Counted from the stretch's first letter, positions 8,593 through 18,050 are shown. The stretch is 64,000 nt of DNA from Acidimicrobiales bacterium (GCA_036262515.1 DATAIT010000127.1:20901-84900), one strand, 5' to 3'. Program-made: numbers and translations. Notes: generated by a model not told the origin, from the letters alone.

Positions 8593-10389
8593 CTATGCCT
8601 CCTCGAACAGCGTCTCGCCCCGCCGAAGCCGCGAGGCGATCCGGACGACCTGGGCCAGCTCCCGCCGGGTCGGCGTATGGGCGGCGAGGAAGCGGGCGCA
8701 GCCGGCCAGCAGCAGCGCCCCCTCCTCGGAGCCGGGCGGCCAGGCCGCCGCCTGGCGGACCGCCGCTTCGTAGATCTGGTACCAGTGGAACCCGGCGTCC
8801 TCGGCCAGGAGCGCCTTCCCCAGGGCGGCCACCAGCGCCCGCTGGTCGTTGCCGGCGACGACCCATCCGTAGGCGATCGACCCCGCCTCGTCGACCTGGC
8901 CCTGCGTGTCCCAGCACGCCTGGAGGTCGCCGAGGTCGACGGAGCCCGATGGCCTCGGCGGTCGGGCCGGCGGTACGTTCAAGAAGCGGTCGAGGTACAC
9001 GCGCAGGGCGCCGTGGAGGACGCCCCGGAGCACGTCTGTGGACGGAGCCCGCACCAGGGCCTGGTGCAGGGCGTTGGCAGCCGTGAAGCCGTGGTGCACG
9101 GCATCCCAGTCGCCATGGTCGTTCTGGGTGTGGAAGCGGGTGATCCGCAGTCCGGCCGCGAACGCGACGGCCCGGCCCAGCTGCTCGGGCGTGGCGCCGG
9201 CGGCCAGCGCGCCGCAGATGTCCTCGACGATGGCAGCGGGATCGTCCCCGAGGATCGCCCACGCCAACCCGCTCACGCCGTCCCACGACCCCCGCCGCGC
9301 CTCGCCTTGGGCGGCGAGCGCGGGCAGCCGAGCTGCCGCCTCGGCGACCAGCCCGGCCAGGTCGTGCGGGTGACGCCACTGACCCTGTTCCTCAGACCGC
9401 CCGGCTCTCGCCGTCCCGGGTACCAGCGAGGCCAGCACGGCCGGCGCGTACTCCTCGCCGAGCATGCCCACCGCCTCGAACGCCTTGTTCGTGAAGTCGA
9501 TCGTGTGTCCGCCGTCGAGGAAGACGTGGTCCGTCGCAGCCGCCGTCATCATGGCGGCCACGCCGGCCAGGGGGACCCCAGTTTCGAGCGCGGTGAGCAG
9601 CGTGCGCTCGGCGGCGTCGGTGTTGCGGCCGTCGATGAACCGGCGGTACCAGTGGGCCAGGCGCTCGGGCGCGACGCCCCGCGAGCCGAGCGGCCGCAGC
9701 GGGAAGCTGGGCGGCCGGCCTCGCGTGTCGCGGGACACGAACGCCAGCCCGTGCACGAGTGCCAAGGCCCGATCCTCGGCGTCGAGGTGGGGCGCCACGT
9801 TGGCCATGGCGACGAGCACGGTGAGCCCGGCGCCCCATCCCGCGTCTCGGTACGTGGTCCCGAAGTCGACGCCGGTGCGGACCAGCTCGGTCACGGGGAC
9901 GCCCCCGTCGAGCAGCGACACGGTGGCCTTGGCAGTGACGAGGGTCAACCCCTGTTCGAGCCCCTCGGCCAGCCGCCGGCGGTGGCGGTCGGCCGGCTCG
10001 GGAGCGGCCCGCCCGCCGGTGCTGGCCGACGGGCCGTCCTCGACGACCACGACCACGCAGCCGTCCTCGATATCGACGGGATAGGCGCGGACGTCGTCGG
10101 CGAACAGGTTCATGGTGCCGCCGGACGACAGGTCGAAGCGGGCGTGGTGCCAGTGGCAGGTGAGGAGCCCGTTCTCCACCGTCCCCCGGTGCAGCGGGAA
10201 CCCCATGTGCGGGCAGCGGTCGTCCAGCGCGTAGGCCCGTCCCTCGTGCCAGAAGACGCACACGGGCTGCGCGCCCGCCTTGCCGGTGAGGAAGCCGCGC
10301 GCCCGCAGGTCGTCGACGGTGCCCACGTTGACGCGCATCGTCGCCACCGTACGCCCGGTCGGTCGTCCGAGGCGACGGCGGGGCGACAT
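8593..10389 (-). CDS. Rieske [2Fe-2S] domain protein fused to a large (~470 aa) uncharacterised helical domain
   Basis: 'CPHMGFPLH...CHWHHARF' is a CxH...CxxH Rieske motif in the first ~110 aa. The true start may be the internal ATG at 10338 ('MRVNVGTVDDL'). Confidence 0.8.
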   Translation of the reverse strand: MSPRRRLGRPTGRTVATMRVNVGTVDDLRARGFLTGKAGAQPVCVFWHEGRAYALDDRCPHMGFPLHRGTVENGLLTCHWHHARFDLSSGGTMNLFADDVRAYPVDIEDGCVVVVVEDGPSASTGGRAAPEPADRHRRRLAEGLEQGLTLVTAKATVSLLDGGVPVTELVRTGVDFGTTYRDAGWGAGLTVLVAMANVAPHLDAEDRALALVHGLAFVSRDTRGRPPSFPLRPLGSRGVAPERLAHWYRRFIDGRNTDAAERTLLTALETGVPLAGVAAMMTAAATDHVFLDGGHTIDFTNKAFEAVGMLGEEYAPAVLASLVPGTARAGRSEEQGQWRHPHDLAGLVAEAAARLPALAAQGEARRGSWDGVSGLAWAILGDDPAAIVEDICGALAAGATPEQLGRAVAFAAGLRITRFHTQNDHGDWDAVHHGFTAANALHQALVRAPSTDVLRGVLHGALRVYLDRFLNVPPARPPRPSGSVDLGDLQACWDTQGQVDEAGSIAYGWVVAGNDQRALVAALGKALLAEDAGFHWYQIYEAAVRQAAAWPPGSEEGALLLAGCARFLAAHTPTRRELAQVVRIASRLRRGETLFEEA

Positions 10390-10397
10390 GCGCGACC

Positions 10398-11192
10398 ATG
10401 CGCGTCATGGCGACGCTCGTGACCTTCCACGCCCACCCTGACGACGAGGCGATCACGTGCGGCGGCACCATGGCGCGGGCAGCCGCCGAAGGCCACCGCG
10501 TCGTGCTGGTGGTGGCCACCCGCGGCGAGCTCGGTGAGGTGGAAGAGGGGTTGCTCGCGCCGGGAGTGACGCTCGCCGACCACCGCACGGTGGAGACCGA
10601 GGAGGCGGCCCGGATCCTCGGCGTCTCGCGCGTCGAGTTCCTCCCGTACCACGACTCGGGCATGATCGGGACGCCCGAGAACGACGCGCCGGCGTCGTTC
10701 TGGCAGGCCGATGTGGACGAGGCGGCGGCGCTCCTGGCCGCCATCCTCGCCGACGAGCGGACCGACGTGCTCACCGTCTACGACGAGCACGGCGTGTACG
10801 GCCACCCGGACCATGTCCAGGTCCACCGCGTGGGGGTCCGGGCGGCGCAGCTGGCCGGAACCGGGCGCGTGTACGAGGCCACCGTCGACCGGGACTACGT
10901 CCTGGCCCTGCGGGCCCAGGCCCTCGAGCGCGGCGACGAATCGTTCGGCGGCGGCCCCGACCTCGATTTCAACGCCTTGGGATCACCCGGGCACCTCGTC
11001 ACGACCACCGTCGACGTCACCGCCCATCTGGAGGCGAAGCGCGCGGCGATGGCCGCCCATGCCAGCCAGATCGGCCCCGAGTCGTACTTCTTGAACATGA
11101 CCCCGGAGGTGTTCGTCGCCGTGTGGGGGAATGAGTGGTACATCCGACGGGATGCGCCCGTCGGAACGAGGGAAACCTGGCTCCTCGGATGA
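10398..11192 (+). CDS. PIG-L family deacetylase (LmbE/MshB-like)
   Basis: 'FHAHPDDEAITCGG' PIG-L signature near the N-terminus. Alternative start at 10407. Confidence 0.8.
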   Translation: MRVMATLVTFHAHPDDEAITCGGTMARAAAEGHRVVLVVATRGELGEVEEGLLAPGVTLADHRTVETEEAARILGVSRVEFLPYHDSGMIGTPENDAPASFWQADVDEAAALLAAILADERTDVLTVYDEHGVYGHPDHVQVHRVGVRAAQLAGTGRVYEATVDRDYVLALRAQALERGDESFGGGPDLDFNALGSPGHLVTTTVDVTAHLEAKRAAMAAHASQIGPESYFLNMTPEVFVAVWGNEWYIRRDAPVGTRETWLLG

Positions 11193-12319
11193 CGTGGACC
11201 CACACCGGGTACGCCCAGCGGATCCACTTCGGGGTGCATGCGCTGGACCGGGCCGGCGACGTGTGCGTCGACCTGCGCATACGGCGGGTCCTGTTGGTCA
11301 CCACGCTCGGGCGACGGGCGTCGGAGGCGGGCCGGCGTCTGGTCGAGGCGCTCGAGTCGGCCGTCGAGTCGGTGGCGGTGTTCGAAGGTGTTCGCTCGCA
11401 CGTTCCTGTCGCAGCCGTCCAGGCCGCCGTGGGCCAGGCGGTGGCGGAGCAGGTGGACGGCCTCGTCTCCTTCGGCGGCGGCTCGTGTGCCGACCTCGGA
11501 AAGGCGGTGTGCGACGCGGCCGAGGGGAGGTCGGCCCACGGTCCCGGCGACATCGGCGTCCGCAGCTACTCCGACCACCCGGTCCTGCCCCACGTCGCCG
11601 TGCCGACCACGTACTCGGGCGCCGAGCTCACCCCCTTCTACGGGATGACGGACGACACGGGCCGCAAGCGTGGCTCGGGCGGTCCCACGCTGGCCCCCAG
11701 GGCGGCGATCTACGACCCGGCGGCCACCCTCGACACGCCGGTCCGGGTGAGCGCCGAGACAGGCATGAACGCGCTGGCCCACGGTGTGGAGTCCGCGTAC
11801 TCGCCGAGCCGCTCGCCCGAGGCGGAGGCGATCGCCCTGGCCTGCATCGAGCGGGTGGCGGCCTCCCTCCCGGCCGTGGTCGACGATCCAGCCGACATCG
11901 ATGCCCGCACGGCCATGCTCGCCGGTGCCGTCCTCGGCGGTCGGTGCCTCCAGAACGCGGCCATGGGGGTCCACCACGGTCTGTCCCAGCTCCTCGGCGG
12001 CCGCACCGGTCTGCCCCACGGGTTGATGAACGCGCTCGTCCTTCCCCATGCCATGGCCTTCAACGTGCCCGCCATCGGGACGGCGGCCGGGCGGATCGGG
12101 CTGGCCCTCGGCCAGCCCGAGGATCCTCCCGCCGCCCTCGCCCGCCTGCGCGAGCGGGTGGGCCTGCCGGCCACCTTGGCCGAGTGCGGCGTGACGGCGG
12201 AGGACGTGGAGGCCGTCGCCGGGCTGGCCCCGGACAACCGCAACGTCGCCGCCAACGTGCGGCCCGTGAGCGTCGACGACGCCCGCGCCATCCTCACCGC
12301 CGCGCTCACCGGCGGGTGA
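11189..12319 (+). CDS. Iron-containing alcohol dehydrogenase family protein (maleylacetate reductase-like)
   Basis: The ATG at 11189 overlaps the upstream TGA (ATGA). 'FGGGSCADLGKA' GGGS motif and His-rich C-terminal metal-site region. Confidence 0.8.
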   Translation: MTWTHTGYAQRIHFGVHALDRAGDVCVDLRIRRVLLVTTLGRRASEAGRRLVEALESAVESVAVFEGVRSHVPVAAVQAAVGQAVAEQVDGLVSFGGGSCADLGKAVCDAAEGRSAHGPGDIGVRSYSDHPVLPHVAVPTTYSGAELTPFYGMTDDTGRKRGSGGPTLAPRAAIYDPAATLDTPVRVSAETGMNALAHGVESAYSPSRSPEAEAIALACIERVAASLPAVVDDPADIDARTAMLAGAVLGGRCLQNAAMGVHHGLSQLLGGRTGLPHGLMNALVLPHAMAFNVPAIGTAAGRIGLALGQPEDPPAALARLRERVGLPATLAECGVTAEDVEAVAGLAPDNRNVAANVRPVSVDDARAILTAALTGG

Positions 12320-12399
12320 GCGGCGGACCGGAAGTTCCGAGGACGCCGGCGTGCGGGGCCGTTTCGTCGCCGCCTCCCGGGGGGCGCGATGATCCGGCC

Positions 12400-12714
12400 A
12401 TGTCCGTCGTTCGCATCAACGCCATCAACGTCCCCGCTGAGCGGGCCGAGACCATGGCCGCCCGCTTCGCGGCCCGAGCCGGCCACGTCGAGAAGACCGA
12501 CGGGTTCGAGGAGTTCCAGCTCCTGCGCCCTTCCGACGGCCGCGAGACGTGGCTCGTCTATACCCGCTGGGCCGACCAGGAGTCGTTCGACGCCTGGGTG
12601 GCGTCACAGTCGTTCAGCCAGGGCCACGCCAAGCCCGAAGGCGCTCCGGCGCCGGTCGCCACCGGTTCCGAGCTCTGGTCGTTCGATCTCGAACAGCACA
12701 CCGCTCGGGCGTAG
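12400..12714 (+). CDS. ABM-domain monooxygenase, MhuD/IsdG-like (possible heme-degrading enzyme)
   Basis: ATG at 12400 within ORF 11131..12714. 'MSVVRINAINVPA...FQLLRP...PVATGSELWSF' is collinear, from memory, with mycobacterial MhuD. ~104 aa. Confidence 0.8.
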   Translation: MSVVRINAINVPAERAETMAARFAARAGHVEKTDGFEEFQLLRPSDGRETWLVYTRWADQESFDAWVASQSFSQGHAKPEGAPAPVATGSELWSFDLEQHTARA

Positions 12715-12724
12715 CCTTAGGGCC

Positions 12725-13297
12725 ATGGACACGGTCGAGTCGCCCCGCTGGCGAGGGATCAACCACCTCGCACTGGTCACGCCCGATATGGACGCCACCG
12801 TGCGCTTCTACCACGGCGTGCTCGGCATGCGGCTGGTGGCCACGCTGATGGCGGGGCCGATGCGCCACTACTTCTTCGAGATCGGCGTCCAGAACACCGT
12901 GGCCTTCTTCGAGTGGAAGGGGGCGGGCACCCTCGCCAAGCAGGCCGGCGTGCCCATAAGCGCCACCGTGCAGCTCGACCACCTGTCGTTCAACCTGCCC
13001 GACGAGGACGCCCTGCTGGCCCTGCGGGACCGCCTGGTGGCGGCAGGGTGCGGCATCACCGAGGTCGTCGACCACGACATCATGCACTCGGTGTACTTCA
13101 CCGATCCGAACGGCATCGCGCTGGAGGCGTCGTGGTGGGCCTTCGACGTCACCGGCCGCCCGGCCGACTACGACGACAAGCGGGCGTTCTCCGACCCCGA
13201 TCCCGTGCCTGCCGTCGCCGAGCTGGCCAGCACGGGCCGGCTGGCCTGGACGCCGCAGACCGAGCTCACCGGCGACGAGATCGTCGACCCGTCGTAG
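12725..13297 (+). CDS. VOC (glyoxalase/bleomycin-resistance/dioxygenase) family protein
   Basis: ATG at 12725. 'INHLALVTPDMDATVRFYHGVLGM' and 'LDHLSFNL...HSVYFTDPNGIALE' are typical paired VOC modules. Confidence 0.8.
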   Translation: MDTVESPRWRGINHLALVTPDMDATVRFYHGVLGMRLVATLMAGPMRHYFFEIGVQNTVAFFEWKGAGTLAKQAGVPISATVQLDHLSFNLPDEDALLALRDRLVAAGCGITEVVDHDIMHSVYFTDPNGIALEASWWAFDVTGRPADYDDKRAFSDPDPVPAVAELASTGRLAWTPQTELTGDEIVDPS

Positions 13298-13362
13298 TCC
13301 CTCGCATCTTTCCCACGCCGCTGCTCGCGTCCCTCCGCCAGATCCACGAGGGCTGGGCCTGG

Positions 13363-13695
13363 GTGGTGATCATCGGCAACGGGCTGGCCGGCGCGTGGGC
13401 GCTCGGCGCCCACAAGGTCCCCTCCCTGCGCACCCGTGCCCTGTGGTGGTTCACGGTCTTCGCCGAGCTGGCGGTGTTCGTGCAGGTGTTCCTCGGCGTC
13501 GGCATGGTGGCCGGGCAGCACATCGAGGCCGTCCAGTTCCACATGTTCTACGGCTTCGTGGCGATCATCACGGTCGGGATCCTCTATTCCTACCGCCAGC
13601 AGCTCCGCCACAAGCTGTACCTCCTGTACGGCTTCGGAGGCCTCTTCGTGATGGGACTTGGCATCCGGGCCGTGCTGGTCGGCGCACGGGCATGA
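13363..13695 (+). CDS. Hypothetical small membrane protein; start uncertain
   Basis: This is the hydrophobic 3-4 TM tail of ORF 12913..13695. There is no canonical start between the VOC stop (13297) and the GTG at 13363. A CTG at 13321 is an alternative. Confidence 0.45.
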   Translation: MVIIGNGLAGAWALGAHKVPSLRTRALWWFTVFAELAVFVQVFLGVGMVAGQHIEAVQFHMFYGFVAIITVGILYSYRQQLRHKLYLLYGFGGLFVMGLGIRAVLVGARA

Positions 13696-13732
13696 CGCGC
13701 CCCGACGAACCTCCGGTTCCGGGTGCGGAACC

Positions 13733-13969
13733 TCAGAGGTGCACCACCGGGCAGGTGAGCGTGCGGGTGATGCCGTCGATGAGCTGCACCTTGCTCACCA
13801 CCATGCGGCCGAGCTCGTCGACGGATCCGGCCTCGGCCTGCACGATCACGTCGTACGGACCGGTGACGTCGTCGGCCGAAACCACGCCCTCGATGCGAGC
13901 CACCTGTTCGGCGACCTGGGCCGCCTTGCCGACCTCGGTCTGGATGAGCACATATGCGGTCACGGCCAC
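13733..13969 (-). CDS. Stand-alone Lrp/AsnC-type ligand-binding (RAM) domain protein, no HTH
   Basis: GTG at 13969 with 'gaggagg' ~9 nt upstream on the minus strand. 78 aa, 'VTAYVLIQTEVGK...GPYDVIVQAEAGSVDELGRMV'. Confidence 0.7.
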   Translation of the reverse strand: MAVTAYVLIQTEVGKAAQVAEQVARIEGVVSADDVTGPYDVIVQAEAGSVDELGRMVVSKVQLIDGITRTLTCPVVHL

Positions 13970-14024
13970 GGGCTTCTGCCTCCTCGACGACCTGGCGGGC
14001 GCCCGCACTCTACCGTGGAGGATC

Positions 14025-15881
14025 ATGGCGAATACCCCCGAGCTGATCCCGCGCGCCGTCCTGTTCGGCAACCCCGAGCGCCACGCACCCCGCATCTCAC
14101 CGGACGGGCGCAAGCTGGCCTGGGTCGCCCCTCTCGACGGCGTCCTCAACGTGTGGGTGGGCGACGTGGGGTCCGAGGACGCCAAGCCCGTCACCGAGGA
14201 CCGTGACCGGGGCATCCGGCAGTACTTCTGGGCCCACGACGGCCGGCACCTGCTCTACCTGAAGGACGAGGGCGGCGACGAGAACTGGCGGCTCCACGCC
14301 GTCGACCTGCTCTCGGGGACCATTCGCGATCTCACCCCGTTCGACGGCGTGCAGGCCCAGGTGATCGAGGTGGCCCGCCATCATCCCGACCACGTGCTGG
14401 TCGGTCTCAACAAGGACAACGAGCAGCTCCACGACGTGTACCGGCTGGACCTGGCGTCCGGCGCCCTCGACAAGGTGGCGGCCAACCCCGGGTTCATCGC
14501 CTGGGTGGCCGACCGTGACATGCGGGTCCGGGCGGGGGTCGCCCCCACCCCCGACGGCGGCATGGCGGTGATGGTGCGGGACACCGAGGACGACGACTGG
14601 CGGCCGCTGCTCGTCGTCGGCCAGGAGGACTCGTTGAGCACCGCGCCGGTCGCCTTCAGTGGGGACGGGCGCTCGCTGGTGCTCATGTCGTCGAAGGACG
14701 CCAACGCCGGGCGTCTCGTGCGCATGCCGCTGTTTGCCGACGACGACGGCGGTCCCGCGCCGCCCGAGGTCATCGCCGCCGATCCCCGCTTCGACGTCGC
14801 CGACGTGGTGCTCCACCCGGACACGCACGAGGTGCAACTGGTGGGCTTCCTTCGCCAGCGCCTGGAGTGGCAGGTCCTCGACGCAGGGCTGGCCGACGAC
14901 ATGGCCGCCATGCAGGCGCTGCACCCCGGGGACCTGCGCGTGGCCAACCGCGACGAGAGCGACGACATCTGGCTGCTCGGGTTCACCGCCGACGACGGTC
15001 CTGTGTCGTACTTCTCGTTCGACCGCCGCAGCGGCGAGGGCGCGTTCCTGTTCCACCACCAGCCGGAGTTGGCGAACTACACGCTGGCGAACACCGAGCC
15101 CTTCTCGTTCACCGCTCGCGACGGTCTGGAGATCTCCGGGTACCTCACCTTTCCCGCCGGCCCCGAGCGCAGCGGCCTGCCCGCCGTGCTGAACGTCCAC
15201 GGCGGGCCGTGGGCGCGCGACGAGTGGGGATTCAACGCCGAGGCCCAGTGGTTGGCCAATCGGGGCTACCTGTGCGTCCAGGTGAACTTCCGCGGCTCCA
15301 CCGGGTACGGCAAGGACTTCGTGGGAGCCGGCGACCGCGAGTGGGCCGGCAAGATGCACGACGACCTCGTCGACGCCGTCTCGTGGGTCGTGGACCGCGG
15401 GTTCGCCGATCCCGCGCGGGTGGCCATCTACGGAGGCAGCTACGGCGGCTACGCCGCTCTCGTCGGCGCCACCTTTACGCCGGACCTGTTCTGCTGCGCC
15501 GTCGACATCGTGGGACCGTCGAACCTGAAGACCCTCATCGAGAGCATCCCTCCCTACTGGGCGCCGCTGCTCGCCCAGTTCCACACCCGCGTCGGCAACC
15601 CGGAGACGGAGCCGGAGTTCCTCTGGTCGCGTTCGCCGCTGTCGAGGGTCGACGCGGTGCGGATTCCCCTGCTGATCGCCCAGGGCGCCAACGATCCACG
15701 GGTCAAGCAGGCGGAGTCCGAGCAGTTCGTCGCCGCGCTGACGGAGAAGGGCATCGACCACCAGTACATGCTCTTCGAGGACGAGGGGCACGGCTTCGCC
15801 AAGCCCGAGAACCGCCTCAGGTTCTATGCCGCCGCCGAGTCGTTCCTGGCCAAGCACCTCGGAGGCCGCTCGGAGGACTGA
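14025..15881 (+). CDS. S9 family serine peptidase (prolyl oligopeptidase/dipeptidyl-peptidase-like)
   Basis: ATG at 14025 after 'ggagga'. N-terminal beta-propeller region and C-terminal 'IYGGSYGGYAA' (GxSxGG) nucleophile elbow. Confidence 0.9.
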   Translation: MANTPELIPRAVLFGNPERHAPRISPDGRKLAWVAPLDGVLNVWVGDVGSEDAKPVTEDRDRGIRQYFWAHDGRHLLYLKDEGGDENWRLHAVDLLSGTIRDLTPFDGVQAQVIEVARHHPDHVLVGLNKDNEQLHDVYRLDLASGALDKVAANPGFIAWVADRDMRVRAGVAPTPDGGMAVMVRDTEDDDWRPLLVVGQEDSLSTAPVAFSGDGRSLVLMSSKDANAGRLVRMPLFADDDGGPAPPEVIAADPRFDVADVVLHPDTHEVQLVGFLRQRLEWQVLDAGLADDMAAMQALHPGDLRVANRDESDDIWLLGFTADDGPVSYFSFDRRSGEGAFLFHHQPELANYTLANTEPFSFTARDGLEISGYLTFPAGPERSGLPAVLNVHGGPWARDEWGFNAEAQWLANRGYLCVQVNFRGSTGYGKDFVGAGDREWAGKMHDDLVDAVSWVVDRGFADPARVAIYGGSYGGYAALVGATFTPDLFCCAVDIVGPSNLKTLIESIPPYWAPLLAQFHTRVGNPETEPEFLWSRSPLSRVDAVRIPLLIAQGANDPRVKQAESEQFVAALTEKGIDHQYMLFEDEGHGFAKPENRLRFYAAAESFLAKHLGGRSED

Positions 15882-15891
15882 TCGCAGCCGT

Positions 15892-15934
15892 CCCGAGGCA
15901 ATAGCTCGCCAAAGTGGCGAGCTGTTGCCTCGGG
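15892..15934. terminator. Bidirectional hairpin between the convergent S9 peptidase and pckG genes
   Basis: The 19-nt arm 'cccgaggcaatagctcgcc', loop 'aaagt' and arm 'ggcgagctgttgcctcggg' pair with a single G-U. The hairpin sits between the two stop codons. There is no clear U-tract. Confidence 0.6.
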
Positions 15935-15941
15935 AGTGACG

Positions 15942-17738
15942 TCAGGCGCCGACGCGCTCGGCGAGGGCGTCGAGCTGGGCGCGGAGGGCGTCCGGGAGGC
16001 GGTCGCCGAACTGCGCGAAGTGTTCCTCGATGGAGGGGATCTCGGCCCGCCAGTCGGCGTCGTCGGCCCGGAGCAGCTCGGCCATGTCGTCGTCGGAGAC
16101 GCTCAGGCCCGTCGTGTCGATGGCACCCGGCGCAGGGAGCAGGCCGATGGACGTCTCGACCGCTTCGCCCCGACCGGCGGTGCGCTCGAACACCCACTCG
16201 AGAACCCGGCTGTTGTCACCGAAACCGGGCCAGAGCCACCGCCCGTCGGCATCCTTGCGGAACCAGTTGACGTAGAACACCTTGGGGAGCTTGTCGGCGC
16301 CGATCGTGCGGCCGATGTCGAGCCAGTGACCCAGGTAGTCGGCCATGTTGTACCCGCAGAACGGGAGCATGGCGAACGGGTCGCGACGCAGCTTGCCCAC
16401 GGCGCCGGCCTGGGCGGCCGTGGTCTCCGACGCCATGATGGAGCCGAGGAAGATCCCGTGCGCCCAGTCGAACGCCTCGGTGACCAGCGGGACCACCGAC
16501 GAGCGCCGTCCGCCGACGAGGATGGCCGAGATCGGCACGCCGGCGGGGTCCTCCCACTCGGGCGCGATGGCGGGATCCTGCGCCGCCGGCGCGGTGAATC
16601 GGGCGTTGGGATGGGCGGCGGGCGTCCCGGACCGGGGCGTCCAGTCCTCGCCCCTCCAGTCGGTGAGGTGGGCCGGCGGCTCTTCGGTCATGTCCTCCCA
16701 CCACACGTCGCCGTCGTCGGTGAGGGCGGTGTTGGTGAACAGCGAGTTGGCGGCCATCGTGAGCATGGCGTTGACGTTGGTGGCGGAGTTGGTGCCGGGG
16801 GCGACGCCGAAGAACCCCGCCTCCGGGTTGATGGCATGGAGCCGGCCGTCGGGGCCGGGCTTCATCCAGCAGATGTCGTCGCCGACCGTCTCCACCTTCC
16901 ATCCCGGCAGGCTTGGCACGAGCATGGCCAGATTCGTCTTGCCGCACGCCGACGGGAACGCGCCGGTGACGTAGCGCGTCTCGCCGGCCGGGCTCGTGAG
17001 CTTCACGATCAGCATGTGCTCGGCCAGCCATCCCTCGTCGCGCGCCATGACCGACGCGATGCGGAGTGCGAAGCACTTCTTTCCGAGCAGGGCGTTGCCT
17101 CCGTACCCCGATCCGAAGGACCAGATCTCCCGGCTCTCCGGGTAGTGGACGATGTACTTGTTGTCGGCGGTGCACGGCCACGGGACGTCGCCCTGACCGG
17201 GCTCCAACGGCGCGCCGACGGAGTGGAGGCAGGGCACGAAGGCGCCGTCGTCGCCCAGGACCTCGAGCGCCCCGGTTCCCATGCGGGTCATGATCCGCAT
17301 GTTGACCGTCACGTAGGGGGAGTCGGTGAGCTGCACGCCGATGTGGGCGATGGGCGAGCCGAGGGGTCCCATGGAGAACGGGACCACGTACATGGTGCGG
17401 CCCCGCATGGACCCCCGGAACAGGTCGGTGAGGGTCGCTCGCATCTCGGCAGGTGGGCGCCAGTTGTTCGTGGGCCCGGCGTCGTCCTCCCGCTCGGAGC
17501 AGATGAACGTGCGATCCTCGACGCGGGCGACGTCCCCGGGGTCGGAACGCGCCCAGTAGGAGTTCGGGCGCTTGGCGTCGGCCAGGCGGGTGAACGTCCC
17601 GTTGTCGACGAGCAGCTGGGCCAGCCGGTCGTACTCGTCGGCAGATCCGTCGCACCACTCGACCCGGTCGGGCGTCGTCAGCGATGCCACCTCACTCACC
17701 CAGTCGAGCAGCCTCTTGTTCTGCGTGGGAGGGGTCAT
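15942..17738 (-). CDS. pckG: Phosphoenolpyruvate carboxykinase (GTP)
   Basis: '[12 protein letters not shown]' kinase-1a loop and '[14 protein letters not shown]'. Full length of 598 aa is typical of GTP-PEPCK. Confidence 0.95.
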   Translation of the reverse strand: MTPPTQNKRLLDWVSEVASLTTPDRVEWCDGSADEYDRLAQLLVDNGTFTRLADAKRPNSYWARSDPGDVARVEDRTFICSEREDDAGPTNNWRPPAEMRATLTDLFRGSMRGRTMYVVPFSMGPLGSPIAHIGVQLTDSPYVTVNMRIMTRMGTGALEVLGDDGAFVPCLHSVGAPLEPGQGDVPWPCTADNKYIVHYPESREIWSFGSGYGGNALLGKKCFALRIASVMARDEGWLAEHMLIVKLTSPAGETRYVTGAFPSACGKTNLAMLVPSLPGWKVETVGDDICWMKPGPDGRLHAINPEAGFFGVAPGTNSATNVNAMLTMAANSLFTNTALTDDGDVWWEDMTEEPPAHLTDWRGEDWTPRSGTPAAHPNARFTAPAAQDPAIAPEWEDPAGVPISAILVGGRRSSVVPLVTEAFDWAHGIFLGSIMASETTAAQAGAVGKLRRDPFAMLPFCGYNMADYLGHWLDIGRTIGADKLPKVFYVNWFRKDADGRWLWPGFGDNSRVLEWVFERTAGRGEAVETSIGLLPAPGAIDTTGLSVSDDDMAELLRADDADWRAEIPSIEEHFAQFGDRLPDALRAQLDALAERVGA

Positions 17739-17795
17739 ACGGCAATGGTAAGGGTGCCTTCAGCACCGGCGCGCACGGTCTCGCGCAGGCCCGGA

Positions 17796-18050
17796 TCAGA
17801 TGCCGGGCGGGTCGGGCGGTGGGCCCATGTCGACCTCGGAGCCGAGCCGGAGGCCGCTGGCCCTGCCGTCGGCGTCGACGTCGAACATCACGCGCTGGCC
17901 CTGCCGGAGCATGCGCAGGATCGAGCCGGCCAGGGCGTTGGGCGCGAGCTCGTACTCGGTGCGGTCAGGGGTGTCTCGGATCACCGTCCCGTCTCCGCTG
18001 GCCGGGTCGTACGACTTCACCACGCCTTGCACCCTGGTTGCCTCCGGCAT
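17796..18050 (-). CDS. Hypothetical small protein (possibly OB/cold-shock-like beta-barrel)
   Basis: 84-aa ORF divergent from thiL with only a 36-nt spacer. 'GVVKSYDPASGDGTVIRD...GQRVMFDV' has a CSD-like pattern. No firm motif. Confidence 0.45.
   Translation of the reverse strand: MPEATRVQGVVKSYDPASGDGTVIRDTPDRTEYELAPNALAGSILRMLRQGQRVMFDVDADGRASGLRLGSEVDMGPPPDPPGI

Noticed and set aside
6763-10422. 1219-aa ORF on the + strand, the longest ORF in this part of the window
   Set aside because: It runs antisense to the GH1-like and Rieske genes, which have clear family motifs. Its translation is Arg/Pro/Gly/Ala-dominated with no motif, the usual off-frame artefact of very high-GC DNA.
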